Of a stretch of 64,000 bases of DNA, positions 14,261 to 26,294 are shown one piece after another (positions within the stretch are counted from its first letter, which is position 1; each line of letters opens with the position of its first letter). The position numbers and the translations under genes were made by a program. Source of the stretch: Malacoraja senta (lineage: Eukaryota); assembly GCA_038087875.1 (NCBI GenBank), contig JAXLNO010000659.1:1-64000 (forward strand), written 5' to 3'. The notes under the pieces are model-generated. The model was not told where the DNA came from, did no database searches, and worked only from the letters and a program-made list of their open reading frames with translations.

Positions 14261-14971
14261 TGTGACTTCACATATATCGTCCACAAATTTATTCTACTAG
14301 AAACTGCGAAAGCTTTCTTGCACGGGTGACTAGAATCTCTATCAATCACTGCTCCTAATGTTCATCAATCCCAACACACATGATCCCCCTCTTTTTCTCT
14401 CCCAGTTAGTTAATCACGGAGGCCTCTCACTGTACACTGGTATTTGGTGACCAACCATAAGGCTGCCCATCGAGGCTGGTTAACTCAGTGCATAGTGGGA
14501 GGAGGGTGTTGCTAATGATGGGGTCAAAAACCACACATCCCATGGTCAGCACCAGTACAGAGATCAATGTTGATGGCAGCGTGTTGTTAAGTTCAAATCC
14601 CATTTTCTCCTCGTTCCTCATCTTTTCTACCTGATCAGACTTAAATGGTTTATATGTAACCCTTCCAAATATTCCCTTCCCGCATAAAACCAATCGCTTG
14701 TAGCATCCTCATTGAACACTGCCAAGACATCCTATCTACACAGGTCTCAGCTGACAAGTCTCCAGAGTTGGAGGAGGAAGTCTCTGACTCTGCCTGGCAC
14801 TCAGTGTGCCTGCAACAAGAATGTAAGAATGCAACAGAATGTTCCAGCTATGTTGTAGAGCACAGATAGAACCTACGGGTAGGAAATCAAGTGGCCTCAA
14901 GTGGACTGCTTCCAGGCTTTGAAGAGGGGTAGGTTGTAGCTAACTCACAAAGTATGAGGTGGCACACCAGT

Positions 14972-15395
14972 TCTCTAGAATTTAGGAGATTGAGAGGGGA
15001 TCTTATAGAAACTTACAAAATTCTTAAGGGGTTGGACAGGCTAGATGCAGGAAGATTGCTCCCGATGTTGGGGAAGTCCAGGACAAGGGGTCACAGCTTA
15101 AGGATAATGGGGAAATCCTTTAAGACTGAGATGAGAAAAAACTTTTTCACACAGAGAGTGGTGAATCTCTGGAACTCTCTGCCACAGAGGGTAGTTGAGG
15201 CCAGTTCATTGGCTATATTTAAGAGGGAGTTAGATGTGGCCCTTGTGGCTAAAGGGATCAGAGGGTATGGAGAGAAGGCAGGTACGGGATACTGAGTTGG
15301 ATGATCAGCCATGATCATGTTGAATGGCGGTGCAGGCTCGAAGGGCCGAATGGCCTACTCCTGCACCTAATTTCTATGTTTCTATGTTTCTATGT
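14972..15395 (+). mobile_element. CR1 LINE 3' fragment
   Basis: SLEFRRLRGDLIETYKIL...TRGHSL...FFTQRVVNLWNSLP; tail (ATGTTTCT)n. Confidence 0.9.
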
Positions 15396-16664
15396 TCCAC
15401 TCAACATAACTCAAATGAGGGCTCGGATAGACCAGCCCACAGTCAAAGGTGCATGTTAAATGGCTGCATCATTGGGGTGGTCATGCAACAAGTGAGCATG
15501 ATTGTGTCTTCAAGTGTGTTGTTATTCATTGGAATGGAACACTCAACTGAAGTACAAAGTGATTATGCACCGAGTGGAAGCATAGCCAGAGTCAGTGCAC
15601 CTCGCCTTCTCGCAGTGGCTGAAGGTTGATTGTGGCACTCTTTTCCGAGCAGAAAGAATCCTTTGCACGGTGAACACACCGGTGAACTGCAAACTTCAAG
15701 ATATTCATGCACCAAGATAGGTCAACCAGATCAGAATTAGCGTGAACCCTCATCTCCACAGTCAGAGTAGTCCAGATAAAGGTTAGTCAGTGGAGGCACA
15801 AGAGAATGTACAAGCTGGAGTCTAGAGCATCCAGACCTAGTCTTGATGCAGATGTCAATCCAAATTGGTATCTATCCCTTTATATTTACAAGAATCCCCT
15901 GACCCATAAGACCATAAAATATACAGCAGGTGCAGAAATAAGCCATTCAGCCTATTGAACCATGCCCACACTTCTCTGGCTTCTGAGTGTCCCAGAAGCC
16001 TGGAGGGTCCACATACTTTAGAAAACGCCTAGCATCCTTCACCTCGCTAAGTGGAAAACAATATCTGTGATTTGTGCAGCTTGACTGACCAAGCCCTTTA
16101 GTGTTTCCAGTAAGGTCATTGCAAGCAAACCTGCTTGTAATTAACGATACCTTTAAGTACTTCAGGTGCAGTGCTTCTGGCTATGGCTCAAATGATTTCT
16201 TGTATGTGATTCATATTGGATTTACATACCAGGCTCAATATAGTAAAGGATATATAAAATTGTCATTGTACATTGATCTCATCCCTGTACATTTGCTGTG
16301 TTTTTTGGGGTGTTTCCACATACAGCTATGCAGTTCCATTTTACAAACTGAGGAAAGCCATTCTGCGTTCAGCCATTCAGCAAGATATGATCACAATTGC
16401 CCACTAACAAAGTCTTGTGGTCCATTAAAATAGCCTGCGATTTATAAGTGAAACTGTATCCCTAATAGAACAACATGAATAAGAAGTGTTGGTCAGTAGA
16501 CTCTTCTGGACTGCAGTAAGATTGGATGTTATCTATCCTTGAAGTATCAAAGACCAGCATATGGAATAAATAGGAGTGAATGCTTAATCTGGATTTCAAG
16601 TGGGGTGAACCACTGACATGGAAATGTTGGTTTAATAGTGTTTATCTGTGAACAATATTTCATT

Positions 16665-16918
16665 CTGGAGTAACTCAGCAGGACAGGCAGTATCTCTGGA
16701 GAGAAGGAATGGGTGACGTTTTGTTTCAAGACCCTACTTCAGACTGACGTCAGGGGGAGGAAGATAGATAGATAAGGAAGCGTGCAGGTGTGAAAACAAG
16801 GCAAAGGGAATGGAGATCAAGGAAAACGTAAAATAGATTATTGTTAGCTGGGAGGAGGTAACAATAAAGCAAACAGAGATACAAGTTTGCTTTGTTGTTA
16901 GAGATGCTGCCTGTCCTG
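16665..16918 (-). mobile_element. Penelope 3' UTR remnant
   Basis: Matches the shared PLE terminal sequence (ctggagtaactcagc...gacgttt...cagactga). Confidence 0.6.
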
Positions 16919-17444
16919 TGAAATGGATGCCGAGGAACTGAAGTAGTCAACCATTTCTATAAAAGCTCCGTTGATGAGGACAGGATTGTGTTAACCCCTC
17001 CCCTCAGCTTCCTTGGGTCAACCAACAACTCTTTCTTCCTGCCGATGTTAGGATTTAGGTTATGGCACAAGGTTCCTGATCTATTTCCTGTACCATCTCA
17101 TTGGTTAATGTGGATCTGCCTAATAACGGTAATATTATTAGCAAACTTTTTTTTTGTTTAGTTTAATTAATTTCATTTATTGACAGGTGTACCAAGGTAC
17201 AGTGAAAAGTTTTTCTTGCGTGCTAAAAAAAAAAAACAATAAAAAAAAAAAAAAATTTTTAAATGTTCGGCACGGACTTGAAGGGCCGAGATGGCCTGTT
17301 TCCGTGCTGTTATGGTTATATGGTTATATGGTTATATGGTTAACCAGTCAGCGGAAAGACAATACATAATTACAATTGAGCTATCCACAGAGAAGCATCA
17401 GTGTTAAGGGTCAGGGTGGAGAAATGTTATGACCATTTCCAGTC

Positions 17445-18148
17445 TAGTTTATTATTGTACATTAAGACTACATTAACACAATCAACCTTTCCACATTGGA
17501 CAGATAAAGGATAAAGGGAACATTTAGTGCTAATATAACATTGAAATCCGATTAAAGGGAGTTCAAAGGTCTATTTTGAGGTAGATAGGAGGTCAGGACT
17601 GCACTCTAGCCGATGATAGGACCGTTCAGTTGCCTGATAACAGCTGGGAAGAAACTGTCCTTGAATCTGGAGGTATGCGTTTTCAAACTTTTGTACCTCC
17701 TGCCCAATAGAGAGGGAAGAAGAGGGAGTGACCAGAGTGAGACTGGTCTTGATTATGTTGGTGGCCTTTCCGAGGCTGCATGAAGTGTAGATGGAATCAA
17801 TGGAAAGGAGGTTGGTTTGCGTAATTGTCTGGGCTACGTCCACAACTTTTTATAATTTCTTGTGGTTTTAGATGGAGCTGTTCCCAAACCAGACTGTGAT
17901 ACATCCCGCTAAGATCCTTTCTACAGCGCATCTGGAGAAGTTGGTGAGGGATGTTGGTGACATGCCGAACCTCCTAAGTGTTTTAAGGAAGTAGAGGCGT
18001 TCGTGTGATTTCTTGACCATAGCTTTGATGTGTCTAGTCCAAGTCAAATTGCTGGTGATATTTATTCCTCGGAATTGGAAGCTTTCGACCATCTCCACTT
18101 CAGCGCCATCAATGTACACTGGGGTGTGTGTACTGCTTCACTTCTTAA
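17445..18148 (-). mobile_element. Rex1/Babar-type LINE 3' part
   Basis: VEMVESFQFRGINITSNLTW...KKSHERLYFLKTLRRFG...ILAGCITVWFGN. Confidence 0.85.
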
Positions 18149-18849
18149 CCAACTGACGTCTGATGGTCAAAGAGTCCAAGAGCTCGGTACAGCTTGAAGT
18201 TCCAAGAGCAAGGTTCAGAATGCATTTACAGTTTTGTCATTAGTGTGAAAGAATTTATTTTGTGTTTAAATAGTTTATTTTCTGAAATGTCTCATTAGTT
18301 TATTACATAAGGCCACGTAATACAGATGAGGAAGATTATAAACAGTTTTTCAGTGTTGATTAGTTAGGATCAGGTGAGACCAGCAAACATAAACTGGGGA
18401 TAGACAAAAAATGCTTGAGTAACTCGGCAAGTCAGGCAGCATCTCAGTAGAAAAGTAATAGGTGACATTTTGAGTCATGACCCTTCTTCAGATTGGGCCC
18501 TGGTATTTAAAACATTAAATCGAGCCTTGCTATTCTGTCTGCATAAATTATCTGCCATTTCCCTCTCCTGAAGCCAGAGACATCAAGATGATGTATTTCA
18601 CAAATAAAGCTGACAACCACATGTAAATTAAGAAACAGTTTGCTCATTGTAACGGACTTGTATTCTTTGGTCTCAGCTCACAGATGATTAGTTTCACCAT
18701 AATCACAGTTAATGATTTCTAACACCAAGCATATTCAAGCTTCTCCAGCAGTTTGATGGAGATACAAGGAACTGCTGGAATCATGAGCAAAACGCAAAGT
18801 GCTGGAGTAACTAAGCAGGTCGGGCAGCATTTCTGGTGGGAATGAATCA

Positions 18850-19090
18850 TAAGATCATAAGTGATAGGAGCAGAATTAGGCCATTCGGCCCATCAAGTCT
18901 ACTCCGCCATTCAATCATATCTGATTTATCTCTCCCTCCTAACACCATTCTCCTGCCTTCTCCCCATAACCTCTGACACCCGTATTAATCAAGAATCTAT
19001 CTATCTCTGCCTTAAATATATCCACTGACAGCCTCCATAGCCTTATGTGGCAAAGAATTCCACAGATTCACCACCCTCTGACTAAAGAAG
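18850..19090 (-). mobile_element. CR1 3' end fragment
   Basis: Reverse complement of the CR1 3' UTR seen at 15180-15395 and 63000-63234. Confidence 0.75.
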
Positions 19091-19282
19091 CAACGTTTTG
19101 GATCGGCACCTTCAGACTGCTGGCACGACATCAACCATCTTGACTTCTAACCCACTCCAATCTCACCCCCCTCTCAAACATGGAGCTCTCCACTCACAGT
19201 AATAATCCACGTTCTAAACCTTCCACGTTTGTTCATCTGTACTGCTTGAAATCATAATTGATTACTGCTAGACAGAGAATCA

Positions 19283-19510
19283 TAGAAACATAGAACATAG
19301 AATCTTCGGCCTGCCGAGTCTATGCCGACTAGCGATCCACGCACATTAACACTATCCTACACACACTGGAGACAATTTACAATTTTACTAAGCCAATTAG
19401 CTTACAAACCTGTATGTCTTTGGAGTGTGCGAGGAAACCGGAGCACACTGAGACAACCCACGCAGGTCACGGGGGGGAACGTACAGTCTCCATACAGACA
19501 GCACCCGTAA
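19283..19510 (-). mobile_element. HE1/V-SINE-like SINE fragment
   Basis: Reverse complement of the SINE body at 38304-38605. Confidence 0.7.
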
Positions 19511-20691
19511 ACTAAACCTAGCACCCTCATTGTGAAAGTGTTGCCCCTCAGGTCCCCTTTACCGACATATACCCTCATCTTAAATCTATGCCTTCTAGTT
19601 TTAGATTATCCTACCCAGGGAAGAAAAGACTATAACCATCCAGCTTATCTATGCCTCTCATGATTTTATATACCTCTAATGTCACCCCTCAATTTCCTAA
19701 GCTCCAGTGAAATAGACCCACCCTATTCAGCTTCTCCTTATAACTCAAGCTCTTTAGCCCCAGAAACATTCTGGTGAATCATCTCTGCACCAACATCTTG
19801 TAGTTGTAACATGATGCCCCAACTCCTGACCAATGAAGGCAAGCATGCCAAACACGTTATTTGAAGGTAGACAAAAATGCTGGAGAAACTCAGCGGGTGA
19901 CACATGCAAGGATTGCATGAGGCTCCCTCGCCCTCTGAGTTTCTCCAGCATTTTTGTCTACCTTCTGTGAACACGTGATTTGATGGGGCAGGATGGGGGC
20001 GGGATCCACGTTTACACATGATAGAAGTGGCCCGCCATCCGCTCACAGACATGCGTCCTGGCCCCTATGCAGAACAAGGTTGCCGACCCCTGATTTAAAT
20101 CATTAATATAGATGACAAACAAGAGTGAACTTCTCTCCTGAGATGCTGCCTCACCCGTGGAGTTACTCCAGCATTTTGTGTCTAGCTTCGATTTAAACCA
20201 GCATCTGCCGTTCTTTCTTACACATTGAACCCTGCAGGACATTTGCTCAAATGTGTTCAAGTTGAATAACAACAATCCACTACTACCTTCTGATTCCATT
20301 TTGAGCCAATTTTGAATTCAATTTGCTTGCTAATTTTTGAAGAAAAGTCTCGACCTGAAGCGTCACCTATTCCTTTTCTCCAGAGATGCTGTCTGACCCG
20401 CTGAATTTGCTTGCTCAACCTGGGTCCAATTTAGTCTAACCTTCCAGACTAGCCTACATACAGGACCTTCTCAAAGGCCTGCTAATTGTAATTATATGAA
20501 TAATACATAGATAGCATCTACCACTCTGCCCTCATCAATCTTCTTGGTTACCCAGAATCATATATGTAAGATTGATGAGGGCAGAACTGTATCCCTGCAA
20601 AAGGAGAAAAAAAGTTGCACTTATTCATCGAAATACTATCAAAAAGCAAAAGTATGTCAGTAAACTGTGATATCAATATCAATTAAAGCTG

Positions 20692-21843
20692 GACACAAAA
20701 TGCTGGAGTAACTCAGCGGGACAGGCAGCATCTCTGGATGGATGGAATGGGCAATGTTTCGGGTCGAGACCCTTATTCAGACTGATGCCAGGGGAGTGGG
20801 CGGGACAAAGATAGAATGTAGTCGGAGACAATAAGACTGGTGGGATAGCTGGGAAGAGGGAGGGGATGGAGAGAGAAGGAAAGCAAGGGCTATTTGAAGT
20901 TAGATACCGCTGGGGGTGTAAACTACCCAAGTTAGATACCGCTGGGGTGTAAACTACCCAAGCAAAATATGATTTGCTGTTCCTCCAATTTGCGCTGGGC
21001 CTCACTCTGGCAATGGAGGAGACCCAGGACAGAAAGGTCAGATTGGGAATGGGAGGGGGAGTTGAAGTGCTGAGCAACCGGGAGATCAGGTAGGTTAAGG
21101 CGGACTGAGTGGAGGTGTTCAGCAAAACGATCGCCGAGCCTGCGCTTGGTCTCGCCGATGTACAGGAGTTGACGCCTGGAACAGCGGATACAGTAGATGA
21201 GGTTGGAGGAGGTGCAAGTGAACCTCTGTCTCACCTGGAAAGACTGTAGGGGTCCTTGGATGGAGTTGAGGGGGGAGGTAAAGTGACAGGTGTTGCATCT
21301 CCTGCAGTTGCAGGGGAAAGCACCTGGGCAGGAGGTGGTTTGGGTGGGGAAGGGGCGAGTTGGCCAGGGAGTTGCAGAGGGAACGGTCCTAGCGGAAAGC
21401 AGAAAGGGGTGGAGATGGGAAGATGTGGCCAGTAGTGGGATCCCGTTGGAAGTGGCAAAAGTGTTGGAGGATTATATGCTGTATGCGACGGCTGATGGGG
21501 TGGAAGGTGAGGACAAGGGGGACTCTGTCCTTGTTGTGAATAGGGGGAGGAGGAGCAAGAGCAGAGCTGCGGGATATTGAGGAGACCCTAGTGAGAGCCT
21601 CATCTATAGTGGAAGAGGGGAAACACGTTTCCGAAAAAATGAGGACATCTCCGATGGTCTAGTATGGAAAACCTCATCCTAAGCGCAGATGTGGCGTAGG
21701 CAGAAGAATTGGGAGCAAGGGATAGAGTCTTTGCAGGAAGCAGGGTGGGAAGAAGTGTAGTCTAGATAGCTATGGGAGTCAGTAGGTTTGTAGTAGATGT
21801 TGGTCAATAGTCTGTCTCCTGTGATGGAGACGGTGAGATCCAG
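20692..21843 (-). mobile_element. Penelope-like element, 5'-truncated, with 15-bp TSD
   Basis: ORF 20932-21234 GIY-YIG (NLIYCIRC...YIGETKRRLGDRFAEH); flanked by TATCAATTAAAGCTG at 20677-20691 and 21844-21858. Confidence 0.9.
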
Positions 21844-21858
21844 TATCAATTAAAGCTG

Positions 21859-22070
21859 AAGGTACACAAAAATGCTGGAGAAACTCACCGGGTGCAGCAG
21901 CATCTATGGAGCGAAGGAATAGGCAACGTTTCGGGCCGAAACCCTTCTTCAAAAGTTGCCGAAACGTTGCCTATTTCCTTCGCTCCATAGATGCTGCTGC
22001 ACCCGCTGAGTTTCTCCAGCATTTTTGTGTACCTTCGATTTTCCAGCATCTGCAGTTCCTTCTTAAACAC
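21859..22070. mobile_element. Fold-back mini Penelope derivative
   Basis: Inverted arms of the PLE terminus around a short spacer, followed by a third copy of the target site (22071-22085). Confidence 0.8.
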
Positions 22071-22454
22071 ATCAATAAAGCTGAATGTACTGACATCTAT
22101 ATAATTAAAAGTCTCATCTTGACCACTTCCTGTTTGCACTATGCTTTGATTTGAGAAAAAACGCTACCACATATGTCTGTGTTTTTTGACCATCTTACTC
22201 AGAGTCCTCCCCCACTGCGCAGGCCCCGAGGATTTTTCCCATCGATGAAAAATAAAAGACTTATTAGTGTTTACATTTTTTTGAGATTCTCTTTCCTGTC
22301 AATCACCGCCATGAAGGCCACGCCCCTTCCGGTGGGAGGGACTATAAAACCCGGAAATGTGGGCGTGGCTCAGTCTGTCTGCAAGATGGCGAGGGAGAGG
22401 TCACGACTCTCTGAGCTGGGAAACTACAGAACACTGTGAGTATGCAATGTATGC

Positions 22455-23145
22455 AAAATCTTTTCCCTGCACGGGAGACCAGACCTTTCTCTGTCGGGTC
22501 TCCGTTGTCGTTGGGGCCTAGCACCGTGGAGCGGCCTCCAACGGAACGACCTGGGGCTCCAGTCGCGGAGCCGGCGGACTTACTCACCATCGCGGAGCTG
22601 GCCGAGTTCGGAACGGGAGGAGCTGTGGTGGCGCGCTGCTGTGGCCCGACCCTGGAGATTCGGAGGCTCCAGCCGCCGGCCCAGAGGATGGTGACATCGG
22701 GAGCTCGCGGGTCCCTGGTGGGAGACCGCTTTTCGGGCTCCCGCAATGGCAACTTCTCCCGCCCGAGTTGCGGGGTTGAAGATGACCTGGAGCGGGGTCT
22801 TACATCGCCCGGCGCGGCTTTAAATAGCCGCGGGACTTGCTAGCATTACCGGGGGCTCCAACATCAAGACCTGGAGCGTGGCCTTGCATCGCCCGGCGCG
22901 GCTTTAATGGCCGCGGGACATATTTACCATCGCCCGCCGGGGGCTTTGACTTTGACATCGGGAGGAGAATGGGGAGTGCAGGGGAGAGATAAGACTTTGC
23001 CTTCCATCACAGTGAGGAGGAGATTCACTGTGATGGATGTTTGTGTAAATTGTGTTGTGTCTTGGTTCTTTTTACTTGTTTGTATGACTGCAGAAACCAA
23101 ATTTCATTTGAACTTCGGTTCAAATGACAACAAATAAATTGTATC
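22455..23145 (+). mobile_element. GC-rich non-autonomous retroelement nested in the Helitron
   Basis: Closely similar to 53543-54528; ends ...aatgacaacaaataaattgtatc. Confidence 0.75.
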
Positions 23146-23199
23146 ATATGGATCATACTTGAATAAATGATTTGTTAGCCCTTAATGAAAATGAAATGA

Positions 23200-23690
23200 A
23201 TTGTTTGGCCTGCCCTGTGCTTGAAACTGCAATGGCAATGGAATGAAGTGAAAATGCAATGAGCTGTTTGGCTTGGGCATGCCCTGTGCTTGAAACTGCA
23301 ATGGCAATGGAAATGAAGTGAAAATGGAATGAACTGTTTGGCTTGAGCCTGCCGTGTGCTTGAAACTGCAATGGCAATGGAAATGTAGTGAAAATGCAAT
23401 CAGCTGTTTGGCTTGAGCATGCCCTGTGCTTGAAAGTGCAATGGCAATGGAAATCAAGTGAAAATGCAATCAGCTGTTTGGCTTGAGCCTGCCATGTGCT
23501 TGAAAATGTAATGGCAATGGAAATGAAGTGAAAATGCAATCAGCTGTTTGGCTTGGGCCTGCCCTGTGCTTCAAAGTGCAATGTCAATGGAAATGAAGTA
23601 AAATGCAATCAGCTGTTTGGCTTGGCCTGCCCTGTGCTTGAAACTGCAATGGCAATGGAAGTGAAATGAAATGAGTTGTTTGGCCTGCCT
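23200..23690. repeat. ~70-bp minisatellite, about 7 units
   Basis: Unit gccctgtgcttgaaactgcaatggcaatggaaatgaagtgaaaatgcaatcagctgtttggcttgggcat recurs at 23281, 23351, 23421, 23491 and 23561. Confidence 0.92.
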
Positions 23691-24087
23691 GAAACCACTA
23701 ATTTTGGTCCCACAAGGCCCCTGTTAGCTGAGAAACCCAGTCCCTTTTCCCAAAATGCCCGTATTAGCCCAGCATTTTGGCCCAAAAGGCCCGTGCCAGG
23801 CCAGGAAAAGTCCAGAAGTGCCTTTCACTGAGATTTCATTCCAATTTTTTTTAAAGAGCCCCTTCGGCCCATCAGTAAATATTCCCCCTGCAAGTATTAA
23901 ACCTCACCCCAGTATTTTTCTCCCTCCCTTCATTTGCTCCCTGTGAGATCCAGGCCAGGATAGACTTTCCTCCTTCATTGCTGTGATCTGCAGAAAAAGA
24001 TGAAAAATGTCTAAAATTGATTCTCCACCCTCTCCCCCTTCTCTCTCACAGTCTCTCGCCTGTTTTGGGCAGAATTTCTGGCAGTTT

Positions 24088-24212
24088 CTGAGCTGCCAGC
24101 CCACCAGGCCTGAGTGACTGAGCTGCCAGCCCACCAGGCCTGAGTGACTGAGCTGCCAGCCCACCAGGCCTGAGTGACTGAGCTGCCAGACCACCAAGCC
24201 TGAGTGACTGAG
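24088..24212. repeat. 30-bp tandem repeat, 4 units
   Basis: ctgagctgccagcccaccaggcctgagtga repeated four times. Confidence 0.92.
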
Positions 24213-24475
24213 CGACTGAGCTACCAGCCCAAGAATCCATTCGGCTCACAATGTCCATACTAGCCCTCTGGAAACCAGTCCCTTCGGCCCACAACACCCA
24301 TACTAGCGCTTCAGAAAGCCAGCCCCCCCCCCCACTGGCCAGCAATATTGGAATTGGTGGAGAGGTGGAATATTACGTTGGGGGACCAGCCCTCCCGTGT
24401 GAACATGGGACCCAACGGGTCCCACTTAGTCTAGTAAATATTAAATGTGATGTTCAAAACAGGATGAATATAAAG

Positions 24476-25730
24476 TCATAGTCATAGAGTGATACAGTGT
24501 GGAAACAGGCCCTTCGGCCCAACTTGCCCACACCAGTCAACATGTCCCGGCTATAATCCCATCTGCCAGCATTTGGTTCATATCCCTCCAAAACTGTCCT
24601 ATTCATGTACCTGTCTAACTGTTTCTTAAATTTTGAGATAGTCCCTGCCCCAACTACCTCCTCTGGCAGCTTGTTCCATACACCCACCACCCTTTGTGTG
24701 AATAAACCTCTTCAAAAATCTCAATAAAACTTGTGAGGCATGATTTTCACACACAAAGCTGTGCTGACTATCTCTAATTAGTTGGTAGACAAAAATGCTG
24801 GAGAAACTCAGCGGGTGAGGCAGCATCTATGGAGCGAAGGAAATAGGCGACATTTCGGGTCGAGACCCTTCTTGGGAAGGGGAGGGGAAAGAGGGAGAAA
24901 GCAGGGACTACCTGAAATTGGAGAAGTCAATGTTCATACTGCTGGGGTGTAAATTACCCAAGCGAAATATGAGGTGCTGCTCCTCCAATTTACGGTGGGC
25001 CTCACTCTGGCCATGCAGGAGGCCCAAGACAGAAAGGTCGGATTCGGAATGGGAGGGGGAGTTGAAGTGCTGAGCCACCGGAAGATCAGGTTAGTTATTG
25101 CGAACCGAGCGGAGGTGTTGGGCAAAGTGATCGCTAAGCCTGCGCTTCGTCTCACCGATGTGGAGCAGCTGACACCTAGAGCAGTGGATGCTATAGATGA
25201 GGTTGGAGGAGGTGCATGTGAACCTCTGTCGCACCTGGAAAGACTGCTTAGGTCCTTGGATGGAGTCAATGGGGAAGGTAAATCAACAAGTGTAGCATTT
25301 CCTGCGGTTGCAAGGGAAAGTACCAGGAGAGGGGGCGGTTTGGGTGGGAAGGGACGAATTGACCAGCGAGTTACAGAGGGAGCGGTCTCTGCGGAAAGCC
25401 GAAAGGGGAGGAGATGGGAAGATGTGGCCAGTGGTGGGATCGCCTATTTCCTTCGCTCCATAGATGCTGCCTCACCCGCTGAGGTTCTCCAGCATTTTTG
25501 TCTACCTTTGATTTTCCAGCATCTGCAGTTCCTTCTTAAACATCTCTAATTAGTTCTTGCCTTTCCAATCCTGGTAGTTCCCGTTCCTCAAAATCCTCTC
25601 TAGTAACTTTCCCCACACTGATGTCAGGCTCAACAGCCTGACGTTCGCTGGTTTGCCTTTGCAGCCCTTCTTAAATAAAGGGATAACATTAGCCACCATC
25701 CAGTATTCAGTGCTACCCCCTTGGCTAATT
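24476..25730 (-). mobile_element. CR1 fragments interrupted by a Penelope insertion
   Basis: VGVWNKLPEEVV (3' part) and WMVANVIPLFKKG...LTSVWGKLLERIL (RT part) on either side of 24784-25541. Confidence 0.7.
24784..25541 (-). mobile_element. Penelope-like element with inverted terminal segments and 14-bp TSD
   Basis: TSD ATCTCTAATTAGTT (24770-24783, 25542-25555); 24784-24850 is the reverse complement of ~25440-25506; GIY-YIG region inside. Confidence 0.88.
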
Positions 25731-25777
25731 TGAGCTCTGCCAATGCAACCTCTTCCCCATTTTAAAAACAATATGAA

Positions 25778-26210
25778 ACACAAAAAGCTGGAGTAACTCA
25801 GCGGGACAGGAAGCATCTCTGGAAAGAAGGAATGGGTGACGTTTCGGGTTGAGAAAGAAAGGTCTCGACCTGAAACGTCACCCATTCCTTCTCTCCAGAG
25901 ATGCTGTCTGTTCCGCTGAGTTATTCCAGCATTTTGTGTCTATCTTCGGTTTAAACCAGTATCTGCAGTTCCTTCCAAACAATGTGCTCAACTACACTTA
26001 TCAGTCCCTGGGGTTTATCCGTAGAAACAAAGAACTGCAGATGCTGGTTCATACACAAAAGGACACAAAATGCTGGAGTAATTCAGCAGGTCAGGCAACA
26101 TCTCAGGAACATAGATAGATGATTTGGAAGAAGGGTCTCGATCCAAAACGTCACCTATCCATGTTCTCCAGAGATGCTGCCTTCCCTGCCGAATTACTCC
26201 TGCATTTTAT
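25778..26210. mobile_element. Two fold-back mini Penelope derivatives (25778-25976, 26023-26210)
   Basis: Each consists of inverted copies of the PLE terminal ~80 bp. Confidence 0.7.
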
Positions 26211-26294
26211 ATTTTTCCATCTTAACATACCTTAAGACATGCAGCGCCTGCTCTTTAATATTGTACTGTAGATATGTTCCAATACATCACTATT

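Larger units (their letters stand above)
22096..24434 (+). mobile_element. Non-autonomous Helitron
   Basis: 5' A|TCTATATAATTAAAA; 3' hairpin TGGGACCC-AAC-GGGTCCCA (24406-24424) then CTAG|T (24431-24434). Sits between A and T with no TSD. Contains internal minisatellites. Confidence 0.82.

Noticed and set aside
23200..23690. Regular repeat resembling a CRISPR array
   Set aside because: Head-to-tail 70-bp units with no unique spacers and no cas genes, in a eukaryotic Helitron context.
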